Positions 40,604-49,205 of a stretch of 64,000 nt of DNA are shown here, piece after piece; position 1 is the stretch's first letter, and every line of letters starts with the position of its first letter. The DNA is from an uncultured virus (IMG/VR IMGVR_UViG_3300021599_000853) (Duplodnaviria; Heunggongvirae; Uroviricota; Caudoviricetes). The position numbers were made by a program, and so were the translations under genes. Below the pieces are notes generated by a model that did no database searches, was not told where the DNA came from, and worked only from the letters and a program-made list of their open reading frames with translations. The DNA lies in the IMG/VR virus record IMGVR_UViG_3300021599_000853, positions 1-64,000 of that record. One strand, written 5' to 3'.

Positions 40604-42523
40604 TTAATTATCTTTTATTTCAAAATCTGAACCAAAAATGTAATCTCTTCTAATTAAGCTATTTGACATACTATTATTAGAAAAAGGTGAATTATTTGAT
40701 GTTGATGGTCTTCCATTAGATATAATTCTACTACCATTTACATATCCATTAGTAAAAGCGTCTGTTAATTCTTGTGCTGTAAGGGGATTATTTGGATTAT
40801 TTGCGTTATTAGTAGTTGTAACATTATTAATCGTTGTTTCTACTTTGTCTCTAATTTTTTTACCATATGCGTCAATCTGATCACCAGCCCCATCTGCAAA
40901 TTGATCTATTTGACCTGCACCTTGTTTTACAAATTTTCCAACGGTTTCTTGGTATACTGTTTCACCAAGTCTACCTGCTTGTATTCTAGCCAACCCCGCT
41001 AAAAATGAAACATCTCTATTAATATTTTCAATATCAGTCGCTTGACCTCTTATTATTTCTTCATCCGTTTTTGTTCTTAATTCGTCTTGATATGCTAAAA
41101 GTTGTTCTGCTTGTGTTTGTGTTAAATTTTCTAAGGCAATTTCTTTCGTGTCTTTATCTAAACCTAAAATTTCTCTCATTCTATCACTAACTTCAATCGT
41201 CATTTTTCCATCTTTCATCTGTGCTAAATTTGTTAAAAATTCAGTCTGTTCATCTTCTAAAGTTAGTCCGGCCGCCATCATATCAGCAGCGGCACTAGTT
41301 CTTTCAGCAGCAGCGATCGCTCCCTTTGCTAATTCATCATAACTAATACCAAGTTGATTAGCCATTTCTTTTGCCCTTCTTAAATTAACACCTGTTATCT
41401 CAAATCTACCTTGTTCTTCATTATATGTCGCCAATGATTGTGCCGCATCAATTAAAGAATCCTGTAATCCTTCAACATTATTTGTTGCCATATACATCAT
41501 TTTCAATGGATCATTAAAATCACCTATTGCACCACCTAAAACTTGTAAATTAGCGGCAAGTTCTAATGCCCCTTCAGGATTCATTACTTTATCTGCGATT
41601 TTAAAAACTTCACTCATTGACATTCTAAATTCAATTGATTTTTTTATCATTGTAGTTAATCCGTCAATTCCACTTTTAAAACCATATTCATTTAATTTTG
41701 ATATACTTGATCCGAGTTCTTTTGTTACATTTTTTGAATTGACACCTAATTTCATCACGTTTGAACCTGCTTCTTTTATACTTTCAATGGCGTCTCTAGC
41801 TCCAAGTCCTATGTCTTGAAATTCTGGTAACATATCTACCACGTCATCTAAATCTCCAACATATGCTTTAGCCGCTTTAGCCGCCTCCACCCATGTGTCT
41901 CTATTGTTCATTCTAAATAAACCTATTTCACTATTAAAATCTTCAGCGGCATCAACAAGATCATCAAAACTAATCCCCATTCTTAAAAGATATGGATTAG
42001 TTTCAGTTAGCTCGTCTCTAAAATCTTTAGAAAATTGACCGGTTAATTTCATTCCATTATTAACCCTGTCCAACAATACTGTTTGTTGTTCTAAATACGT
42101 TTCAACTTGTTCAAATGCCTTTTCAATAATAATCTTACCTATCTCATCAAGTTCTTTAAGTTTTCCTGTTGATTCATCAAAAAGTTGACCAGTAAGTTCA
42201 CTTACTTTAAATGTTTCATCTTCGTAAGTTGGCATTTGTGGATAAGATGATAGTTCTTGTGTTTTGGCTATTGCACTAATTCCACCAGTAACTGTTTGAA
42301 TAAATCCACCACTACCACTGCCACCACCACTTGTCTGAGTTTTATTATCGTAAGCGGTATTTATTTCATTAATTTCACTTGAAGTCGGTCTACATTCATT
42401 ATCGGTTGATGGTTTACCTTCACTATTACACCAATTCGCTAAATCTTCACTATACTTACTAATAGCGGTACCGGCATCACGATATCCTTTAGTGTATCTA
42501 TTTACATTTGGACGACTAGCCAT
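40604..42523 (-). CDS. Tape measure-like protein
   Basis: 639 aa, Ala/Gly/Glu-rich and helical-looking; directly after the tail chaperone locus. Confidence 0.65.
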   Translation of the reverse strand: MASRPNVNRYTKGYRDAGTAISKYSEDLANWCNSEGKPSTDNECRPTSSEINEINTAYDNKTQTSGGGSGSGGFIQTVTGGISAIAKTQELSSYPQMPTYEDETFKVSELTGQLFDESTGKLKELDEIGKIIIEKAFEQVETYLEQQTVLLDRVNNGMKLTGQFSKDFRDELTETNPYLLRMGISFDDLVDAAEDFNSEIGLFRMNNRDTWVEAAKAAKAYVGDLDDVVDMLPEFQDIGLGARDAIESIKEAGSNVMKLGVNSKNVTKELGSSISKLNEYGFKSGIDGLTTMIKKSIEFRMSMSEVFKIADKVMNPEGALELAANLQVLGGAIGDFNDPLKMMYMATNNVEGLQDSLIDAAQSLATYNEEQGRFEITGVNLRRAKEMANQLGISYDELAKGAIAAAERTSAAADMMAAGLTLEDEQTEFLTNLAQMKDGKMTIEVSDRMREILGLDKDTKEIALENLTQTQAEQLLAYQDELRTKTDEEIIRGQATDIENINRDVSFLAGLARIQAGRLGETVYQETVGKFVKQGAGQIDQFADGAGDQIDAYGKKIRDKVETTINNVTTTNNANNPNNPLTAQELTDAFTNGYVNGSRIISNGRPSTSNNSPFSNNSMSNSLIRRDYIFGSDFEIKDN

Positions 42524-42529
42524 AATATT

Positions 42530-42670
42530 TTATTTTTCTAATAAAAGATTCACATAAAATCTTCTTATATAAATAGGCATATTTAAAATATCAGAATAGC
42601 TAAATCCCTTTTTAACTAAAAAAAGAATCTCATATAGTATATTTTTACTATAATCCGTAGAAAGCGCGAA
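42530..42670 (-). CDS. Hidden gp51-like tail chaperone extension, probably frameshift-accessed (not in ORF track)
   Basis: Open +1 frame FALSTDYSKNILYEILFLVKKGFSYSDILNMPIYIRRFYVNLLLEK*; overlaps the T6 run at the end of the gp26-like gene. Confidence 0.75.
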   Translation of the reverse strand, partial: FALSTDYSKNILYEILFLVKKGFSYSDILNMPIYIRRFYVNLLLEK

Positions 42671-43397
42671 AAAATTCAACCCCAAATCCTATATTATATT
42701 GGATTTCTTCTCCTGATGGGGTTTTTGCTTTTTGTAATAATGTTAATGATGGTTTATTTTCATTAACAAATTTTCTAAAATCTTGTGAATCTTTAATTGG
42801 TAATTTTTCTATAAAATTTTTTATAAACATAGGATCTCTGTTATCATTAACAGATTTTATCATAAATTCAAGTCTTTTTGTCATTATTGGGGGAGGACCA
42901 ACACCATTCCAATTTTTTTGTATTTCTTCTATTTCGTTTTCTTGTTTTTTGTTTATAAATTTAAATGTAATGTTGGTATTTGATTTTTGCATATAATATT
43001 TATATTCCCCTCTTTCATCCGAATTTAAATTAAAATCTTTAATTTTAACAATACTTAAATCACATGTGGTTTTAAATTCATTACCTGTTTTTGGGTCTAT
43101 TAATGTAACAATATAATCTGAACCAAAAGATGTATTCCTTAAAAATATTAAAATAGCGTTAACATCATCGTCAACTAATTCATCAACACTAATATCTTTA
43201 TCGAGTACTTTTCTTTTTAATAATTCATAAACAATATCTTTTGTTTTTGTTAAGTTTGGAGATGATAATATATTTTCGTCTGCCGCTGTTAGGTATGCCA
43301 CTCTTACGGATTTTTTATTATTTTCATAATATATTCCTTTAGATGGTAATTCAACAACGTCATATGCAATTGTTGGATCGATTTTAAATTCACTCAT
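42648..43397 (-). CDS. Tail/baseplate hub assembly chaperone (T4 gp26-like)
   Basis: VELPSKG.YY, LTAADENIL, LRNTSFG, C-terminal GVEFF; between tube and tape measure genes. Confidence 0.75.
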   Translation of the reverse strand: MSEFKIDPTIAYDVVELPSKGIYYENNKKSVRVAYLTAADENILSSPNLTKTKDIVYELLKRKVLDKDISVDELVDDDVNAILIFLRNTSFGSDYIVTLIDPKTGNEFKTTCDLSIVKIKDFNLNSDERGEYKYYMQKSNTNITFKFINKKQENEIEEIQKNWNGVGPPPIMTKRLEFMIKSVNDNRDPMFIKNFIEKLPIKDSQDFRKFVNENKPSLTLLQKAKTPSGEEIQYNIGFGVEFFRAFYGL

Positions 43398-43432
43398 TTT
43401 TTTATATTTTGTTTTAATTATTATTAAATAAA

Positions 43433-43458
43433 AATTCCCATATAATTATATGGGAATT
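43433..43458 (-). terminator. Terminator-like palindrome after tail tube gene
   Basis: Perfect 26-bp palindrome aattcccatataa|ttatatgggaatt. Confidence 0.7.
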
Positions 43459-43488
43459 AGTAAAAAATGTAAATGATAAAATAAAATA

Positions 43489-43977
43489 TTAATATACTAA
43501 TATACAACGATCCATTCTTAATGATGTTGATATGTTTGCAATATCATCTCTAGAATAATCTAAATCACCAAAATTCAAATCAGTTAAAAAACAACCTTGT
43601 AATATCCATTTTTCAACAACAACACCTGTTGGATCTAACATCTCCAATTCAACATCTTTTTTATACCCAGCCGCATAACCCATACGTCCAGTAACTGATT
43701 CTGCATGTAAACGAAACCATTCCATTAATGCTTGAGCCGCGGATGGTCCAATTGGATCTTTAAATGTTACTTTAATTTCATTCCATTCAAATCTACCAGC
43801 AACATATGTTGATGTATTAATAAATGGAATTGCAACTGAATTTATTTTAGCACTTGGTCTTGATGATGAAACAACATACCATTCATTAATACCTAAAGAC
43901 GAATCAAATCTTAAGATAAATCGGTTTACTCTCTTCGGTTCAAATGGAACCGGCATTTTCATTAGTAAATCTGCCAT
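43489..43977 (-). CDS. Tail tube protein (T4 gp19-like)
   Basis: EPKRVNRF, YVAGRFEW, LDPTGVVVEKWIL.GCF, FGDLDY; follows sheath. Confidence 0.9.
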   Translation of the reverse strand: MADLLMKMPVPFEPKRVNRFILRFDSSLGINEWYVVSSSRPSAKINSVAIPFINTSTYVAGRFEWNEIKVTFKDPIGPSAAQALMEWFRLHAESVTGRMGYAAGYKKDVELEMLDPTGVVVEKWILQGCFLTDLNFGDLDYSRDDIANISTSLRMDRCILVY

Positions 43978-44214
43978 GTTTTTTTTATTTTTTTAGTTTT
44001 TTTATCTTTATTATAAATATATCGTTATTTAAAAATATTTTTTTTATTTAAAAATTGATAATATCAAAAATTTTTCGTAGTTTTTTACTCCAGTATTACT
44101 AGTTCCAGAATAACTACTTAAATAAATATCAAATAAAATAAAATATAAATAAAACTAGTATATAGCATCCAGTATACTGGGTAGGATATAAGTTTATAAA
44201 AATTATAATATTTT

Positions 44215-44230
44215 TGTTTCTCGTGAAACA
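44215..44230. promoter_or_regulatory. parS-like palindrome
   Basis: TGTTTCTCGTGAAACA, one mismatch to the canonical parS TGTTTCACGTGAAACA. Confidence 0.6.
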
Positions 44231-44241
44231 TTTTTTCCACA

Positions 44242-44271
44242 AAAAAAGTGGTCGATTTTGACCACTTTTTT
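44242..44271 (-). terminator. Intrinsic terminator after tail sheath gene
   Basis: aaaaaagtggtc...gaccactttttt stem-loop with T-runs on both strands. Confidence 0.8.
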
Positions 44272-44289
44272 ATTTCTTTTAATAATTGA

Positions 44290-47121
44290 TTATATGTTTT
44301 CAAATGAAGCACCTGTAGGTGTAATTATGAATTGTAAATCAATAAATTCAAGAGATCTAGTTGGTTTTATGTAAATTTTACCTCTTAAAGTATTTGAATC
44401 CAGATCTTCAGGATCGTTTGATACTGTTACACGGAATTCATATAAACCTCTTTCCTTCTTGATAGATTCAAGTATTGGATTCACTAATCTCAAGAATTCA
44501 TTTCTTACTTGTTCGTCATTTTGTTCAAATAACAATCTAATTGCAACAGCGGATATTAGTTTTCTTGCTCTTAATAATAATCTTCTAACATTAATTCTAT
44601 CCAATGCAGATTCTCTTACTTGTAAAGTTTTATTACCCCAAATTATGGTTCCGGTATCAGAAAATGTTGCAATTGGGTTAATTCTATTCTTATACAATAA
44701 ATCTCTTTCATCTAAAGTTAATTTTTTAAATGCTTTAATTGAATTAACTAAACCTCTAGAATAACCGGCAACCGCGAACCAAGGATATGAAACATTATCA
44801 GTTAATGCGATATTTCTAACCACTTCACCTGTTGGTGGGATGTAAATTTGGGTAGCATTATCCCCATCTCTAATTTGTATCCAAGGCCAGTATGTTGCAG
44901 AATAGTTACTATCATAACCTAAATCTTCTAACATACCCACAACTTCTTCCGCATCACCAACATTTGGTGTGTTAATGATATATAAAGAATCCGCTCTATC
45001 TTCTTCAACCATATCAATCGCTTGATTTGTTAAAGAATTATGGTCATAAAAGTTCAATCCAGGTGTTGCGAATACATTTATATTTACCGCTTCAGGATTT
45101 GAAAATGTATTAATACCATTTAAGTAAGCGTAATAGTCAGAATTACCCTCATTTGTGTTAAAAACACCACCATTTGTTGTCCAGTTAGAAACATAGGTAT
45201 TTTTACCAAAAATATACTGATCGGTATTTGTTTTTACATTTCTGTATATATCCCAACCATCAAATCCACCATATGCTGCGAATGTGAATTTACGGAATGT
45301 AATATTTTGAAATTTACCTTTATTTAATCCTTCTAAATCATATGGTGTTGTTTTATATGTGGTACCAGTTATTGATGCTGCGTTTACTGATAAATGGAAA
45401 CCATGAGTTGTTGTATCTTCAGAACTTGATCCTTTGTATTTAAATAAATCTTCATCATATTTAAACCCAACTTGTGAAGATAAACCTAAAGAAACTTTTC
45501 TAACTTTATCTCCATTTGTTGTTTGTGGTGCACCATTAGATTCATAATAAACAATGTCTCCAGCATCAAAATATTCAGTTTTATACATCACACTACCTAA
45601 TGTAGAATTTGTACCAAATGAAGTATTACTTGCAAACCCTTTAAATCCAGCAGGAACCGCATCAATAGGTGCGTTTTCCATCATTTCTAACATTATATAT
45701 TTTGATTTTAATTCATATTCCCCATCACTCGTACCTATTCTTTTGGCAATATAACCAGGTAAATCAGGATCCATTGAACATCTTGAAAATTTCTCAATTC
45801 CAACAACATTTTCATCGGTGTCGTAAAAATCACGTACAATTATATCAAATTCTTTAGTGTCTAAATTTATGTTTTGTATTGATATTTTTACTTGTTCGTT
45901 TGACGCTTCACCATCAGATATTGTTATAACTTTGAAAAGATCAGCAACTTTACCACCACGTACTTCAGATACTACTGTTGGTGATAATGCTGTCCCCCAT
46001 CTTTCTACGAAATCATCACCATCTATGTTATAAACATCTGTTGTACTTAAACCTCTAACAAGACCCTGTTGATACAAGTTTTTCAATAAATTAGGATATG
46101 ATTCATGTACATATACAGGGAAGTCAACATATGATTTATCAAAAACAGAATTACCTAAAACTTTTGTAATGAATTTAGATGATGTGGTATCTAAACTACA
46201 GTCAAATGATTTTAAACCACCAGTTAAACCATTAACAACAATTTTAAATTCACTTAAGGGATCAGTATCAATTGTGGATGAAACAATACTAAAATTAGTT
46301 GAATTTGTTACCTCTAAAGTTAATGTTTGACCAACATACCTACCTCTAGATCTAAGTGCCACAACAATTACGTTTGCATATTCTGTGTTTAAAGATGCGG
46401 GGTATTTAAATCTTGTTATATTAAATGTACTTGTTGATTGGTTATATACAAAAAGATATGAATAAACACCATCAATTGTTGCATCATTACCTGGAGTAGT
46501 TTCTGTATAATAAATGTTATACCAATTCTTTTCATTGTAAATACCAATAGGTGAAACTAAACTAGTACCTGTCAATGGTACTGTTGCAGATGTTGGTACA
46601 GGACCAATTGTAAAGTAATCACCATTAGTAAATGTTGTTCCACTCACATATGATGGTATTGTAATACCATCGGTATTTAATTTATCTGATAATTCAGTAT
46701 AATAAGAACTACTAGTAACCGCTGTTGTAGACATCGTACTAGATCCCGATGTTGGTGTTGCGGTGGTATCAACTGTAACACCACCTAATGTTCTAATACC
46801 AAATGTATTATATGGTTTATAACCAGTTAAACCTAAAACTCTTGTTACAAATAATTGATTTGATTCTTGTAAATATGCTTTTGCGACATATCCCAATTCA
46901 TATTTTGGATTACCATTACCATCTTTTTCTGGTGATGTTGTACCGAAATACGTTCTAAATTCATCAAAATTTGTTATTAAAACTGGTTCGAAAGCGGGTC
47001 CTTTTAAAGTTTCACCCACTAAACCTAAAGTAGTCACACCAACGCTCTGTGCGACAAATGTTAAATCTAATTCTGAGGTATATACACCTGGAGACACAAA
47101 TACTCTGTTTGAAGTAGCCAT
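44290..47121 (-). CDS. Contractile tail sheath protein
   Basis: VSPGVYTSE, KGPAFEP, YWPW, PWFAVAG, INPI, WGNKTL, RINVRRLL, FEQND, PTRSLEFI. Confidence 0.95.
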   Translation of the reverse strand: MATSNRVFVSPGVYTSELDLTFVAQSVGVTTLGLVGETLKGPAFEPVLITNFDEFRTYFGTTSPEKDGNGNPKYELGYVAKAYLQESNQLFVTRVLGLTGYKPYNTFGIRTLGGVTVDTTATPTSGSSTMSTTAVTSSSYYTELSDKLNTDGITIPSYVSGTTFTNGDYFTIGPVPTSATVPLTGTSLVSPIGIYNEKNWYNIYYTETTPGNDATIDGVYSYLFVYNQSTSTFNITRFKYPASLNTEYANVIVVALRSRGRYVGQTLTLEVTNSTNFSIVSSTIDTDPLSEFKIVVNGLTGGLKSFDCSLDTTSSKFITKVLGNSVFDKSYVDFPVYVHESYPNLLKNLYQQGLVRGLSTTDVYNIDGDDFVERWGTALSPTVVSEVRGGKVADLFKVITISDGEASNEQVKISIQNINLDTKEFDIIVRDFYDTDENVVGIEKFSRCSMDPDLPGYIAKRIGTSDGEYELKSKYIMLEMMENAPIDAVPAGFKGFASNTSFGTNSTLGSVMYKTEYFDAGDIVYYESNGAPQTTNGDKVRKVSLGLSSQVGFKYDEDLFKYKGSSSEDTTTHGFHLSVNAASITGTTYKTTPYDLEGLNKGKFQNITFRKFTFAAYGGFDGWDIYRNVKTNTDQYIFGKNTYVSNWTTNGGVFNTNEGNSDYYAYLNGINTFSNPEAVNINVFATPGLNFYDHNSLTNQAIDMVEEDRADSLYIINTPNVGDAEEVVGMLEDLGYDSNYSATYWPWIQIRDGDNATQIYIPPTGEVVRNIALTDNVSYPWFAVAGYSRGLVNSIKAFKKLTLDERDLLYKNRINPIATFSDTGTIIWGNKTLQVRESALDRINVRRLLLRARKLISAVAIRLLFEQNDEQVRNEFLRLVNPILESIKKERGLYEFRVTVSNDPEDLDSNTLRGKIYIKPTRSLEFIDLQFIITPTGASFENI

Positions 47122-47166
47122 TGATTTTTAATTTGATTAAATATTTTTATTACGTTTTATTATAAA

Positions 47167-47236
47167 TATCTTTATTTTTACCAAAGATTTTTGTATTTTA
47201 AAGATAAAAGATAATAAAATATCTTTTTTTATCTTT
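47167..47236. promoter_or_regulatory. AAAGATA/TATCTTT direct and inverted repeat array (candidate operator)
   Basis: TATCTTT 47167, AAAGAT 47183, AAAGATA 47200 and 47207, TATCTTT 47220 and 47230. Confidence 0.5.
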
Positions 47237-47237
47237 T

Positions 47238-47399
47238 ATGATAAATAAGAAATCAAAAAATATTAAGATAAGTGAATTACATCATGAAATGTTAAAAAAA
47301 CATTGTGAAAAATATGGTTTAAAAATTCATAAAATAGTTGAAAAAATGATTGATGAATTATGTAAACCAAAGAAAAAAGATATATACGGTGAATCTTAA
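47238..47399 (+). CDS. Small ribbon-helix-helix-like DNA-binding protein (53 aa, not in ORF track)
   Basis: MINKKSKNIKISELHHEMLKKHCEKYGLKIHKIVEKMIDELCKPKKKDIYGES; strand-helix-G-helix pattern. Confidence 0.7.
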   Translation: MINKKSKNIKISELHHEMLKKHCEKYGLKIHKIVEKMIDELCKPKKKDIYGES

Positions 47400-48640
47400 T
47401 AAACGTATGTAATACTTATTTTTGACCCAACAACTGGTGTGTAATTTAAAGTAACGTCATTTGTTCCTGTAACACTAAATCCAATATCATCACTTTCAAC
47501 TAAACCATTTATTGTAAATGTTATCACATCTGTAATAGGATTTGCGGTAGTGAATGTTAAAGAAGATCCATCATATATAAAATGTTCTGTTGTTACATTT
47601 AAAATTAATCCTTGTGAATTAACTAAATTTATACCCTGTGTTCCTCTATAATAAGTTATTGTTATAACACTCCCATTTGGTGGAGGACTCGCAAAAGTTA
47701 TTTTTGACGTACCTGCAATATGAAAATAATCAACACCTAACTGTTGTACTAAACCATTAATTGCAACATTAAATAAAATAGTCATAGATTCACCCACACC
47801 AAATACTGTTTTTATTCCATCTGCAATTGACGTTGAAATAATTATATCAATATTTTTTTGAACTACTTTTTTACTTACTGATTTTGTATCAACAAATTCT
47901 GTTAATATAACAGATCTATTAATTGCTGGTTTTACTTCAAATTCCTCAGAATCTATTAAAAATCCAAGTAATATAAATTGATAATTTTGTATATAGAACC
48001 TTCTACCATCTAAGGTATCCATTGGTGTGTTATCCTCTATTCTATCTAAAACCAATGGAACAAAATGACCCTTTATTGTTGTATAATCCTGTCTAGAACA
48101 AAAGTTCTGCATGACCATTTTATTAAATTTATTTAAATCTCTAAATTTGTGACAAACAATTGTAACATCGTAACTTATATCAACGGCGATTGGTTGTGGT
48201 ATTTTATATACATCCGCACCCATCATCCCATTTTCGTCGGCTTTTTTTACTGTTGAATAATGAAATCTTTGTCTATCTGGTATTGTTCTTTGTACTGATG
48301 GATTTGTACCAGGTTGTACATCAGGTTTTCTAATTACTGAAATAAATGGTATCTGTATATTACCTTCTTCATCAACGTATTCCCATGTATTTGTTAATTC
48401 ACCCCATCTTTGAATCGTTAAGATTCTCGGTATTATTGGTATTTTTTTACCATCTGACACAACTACAAAATTTTTTTCAACATAATCTAACATACCCCTA
48501 TCTAAATCATCATGTAAAATGCTATCAGGGAGATATGGATCTGATTTTGTTATAAAATCTAATAATTCTTGTCTTCTTGGTAATAATTCTTTACCAAGAT
48601 AAACATTAATATTATTTTTGAATTTTTTACGTACATTCAT
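47396..48640 (-). CDS. Tail terminator/sheath stabiliser-like protein with C-terminal beta-repeat domains
   Basis: Position between neck and sheath genes; IPQPIAVDISYDVTI; two INGLV-type C-terminal modules. Confidence 0.55.
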   Translation of the reverse strand: MNVRKKFKNNINVYLGKELLPRRQELLDFITKSDPYLPDSILHDDLDRGMLDYVEKNFVVVSDGKKIPIIPRILTIQRWGELTNTWEYVDEEGNIQIPFISVIRKPDVQPGTNPSVQRTIPDRQRFHYSTVKKADENGMMGADVYKIPQPIAVDISYDVTIVCHKFRDLNKFNKMVMQNFCSRQDYTTIKGHFVPLVLDRIEDNTPMDTLDGRRFYIQNYQFILLGFLIDSEEFEVKPAINRSVILTEFVDTKSVSKKVVQKNIDIIISTSIADGIKTVFGVGESMTILFNVAINGLVQQLGVDYFHIAGTSKITFASPPPNGSVITITYYRGTQGINLVNSQGLILNVTTEHFIYDGSSLTFTTANPITDVITFTINGLVESDDIGFSVTGTNDVTLNYTPVVGSKISITYVY

Positions 48641-48642
48641 TT

Positions 48643-49155
48643 TTATACTCCTCTAAATTGTCCTTCTTGTACATACGCACAAGTTATTGTTCTATAATGT
48701 GGTTTATAACCATACATTTTATGTTTACCGTCTGATGTTACTCTACCATCATTTGTTACCATATAGTATCTTATTTTGGTTTCTGATTCTGGATAACCAA
48801 TGTAATCACCATATTTTATATCAACTTTTAATTCTTCTAAATGTCTAATATAAACTGATATTGTAATATTTCCGTGTTCATTATAACGAACTAATCCACT
48901 CTTATATGATGTATTTTTTGGTTCATCTATTTTAACTAATGCGTTTATTTCAACAGGAGGTAAAAATTTTATTTCATCAGACCCAACTTCAGCATATACA
49001 TTATCAATATCAGTTTTTCCCCTATCCACACGATATACCACAAGTTTCATGTTTAAATCACCATGAAGATATTCTTGACCTAAATCTAAGTTAAAATCAT
49101 AGTCTTCTTGTGAAAAGAACTTATTAATTCTTGTAATTGGTAATTTATTATCCAT
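48643..49155 (-). CDS. Head closure/neck protein (gp14-like)
   Basis: DNVYAE, ISVYIRHLEELKVDIKYGDYI; position next to tail terminator. Confidence 0.55.
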   Translation of the reverse strand: MDNKLPITRINKFFSQEDYDFNLDLGQEYLHGDLNMKLVVYRVDRGKTDIDNVYAEVGSDEIKFLPPVEINALVKIDEPKNTSYKSGLVRYNEHGNITISVYIRHLEELKVDIKYGDYIGYPESETKIRYYMVTNDGRVTSDGKHKMYGYKPHYRTITCAYVQEGQFRGV

Positions 49156-49205
49156 AATATAATAAATAGTTTAAAAATATATTCTATTTAACTATATTAG
49201 TTTAT

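Noticed and set aside
42521..42535. Fusion of the hidden chaperone frame to the tape measure protein
   Set aside because: Frames coincide but a TAA at 42530-42532 intervenes, and there is no sign of readthrough
44118..44312. 64-aa minus-strand ORF in the sheath-tube spacer
   Set aside because: Starts inside the sheath gene, crosses its terminator, low-complexity composition
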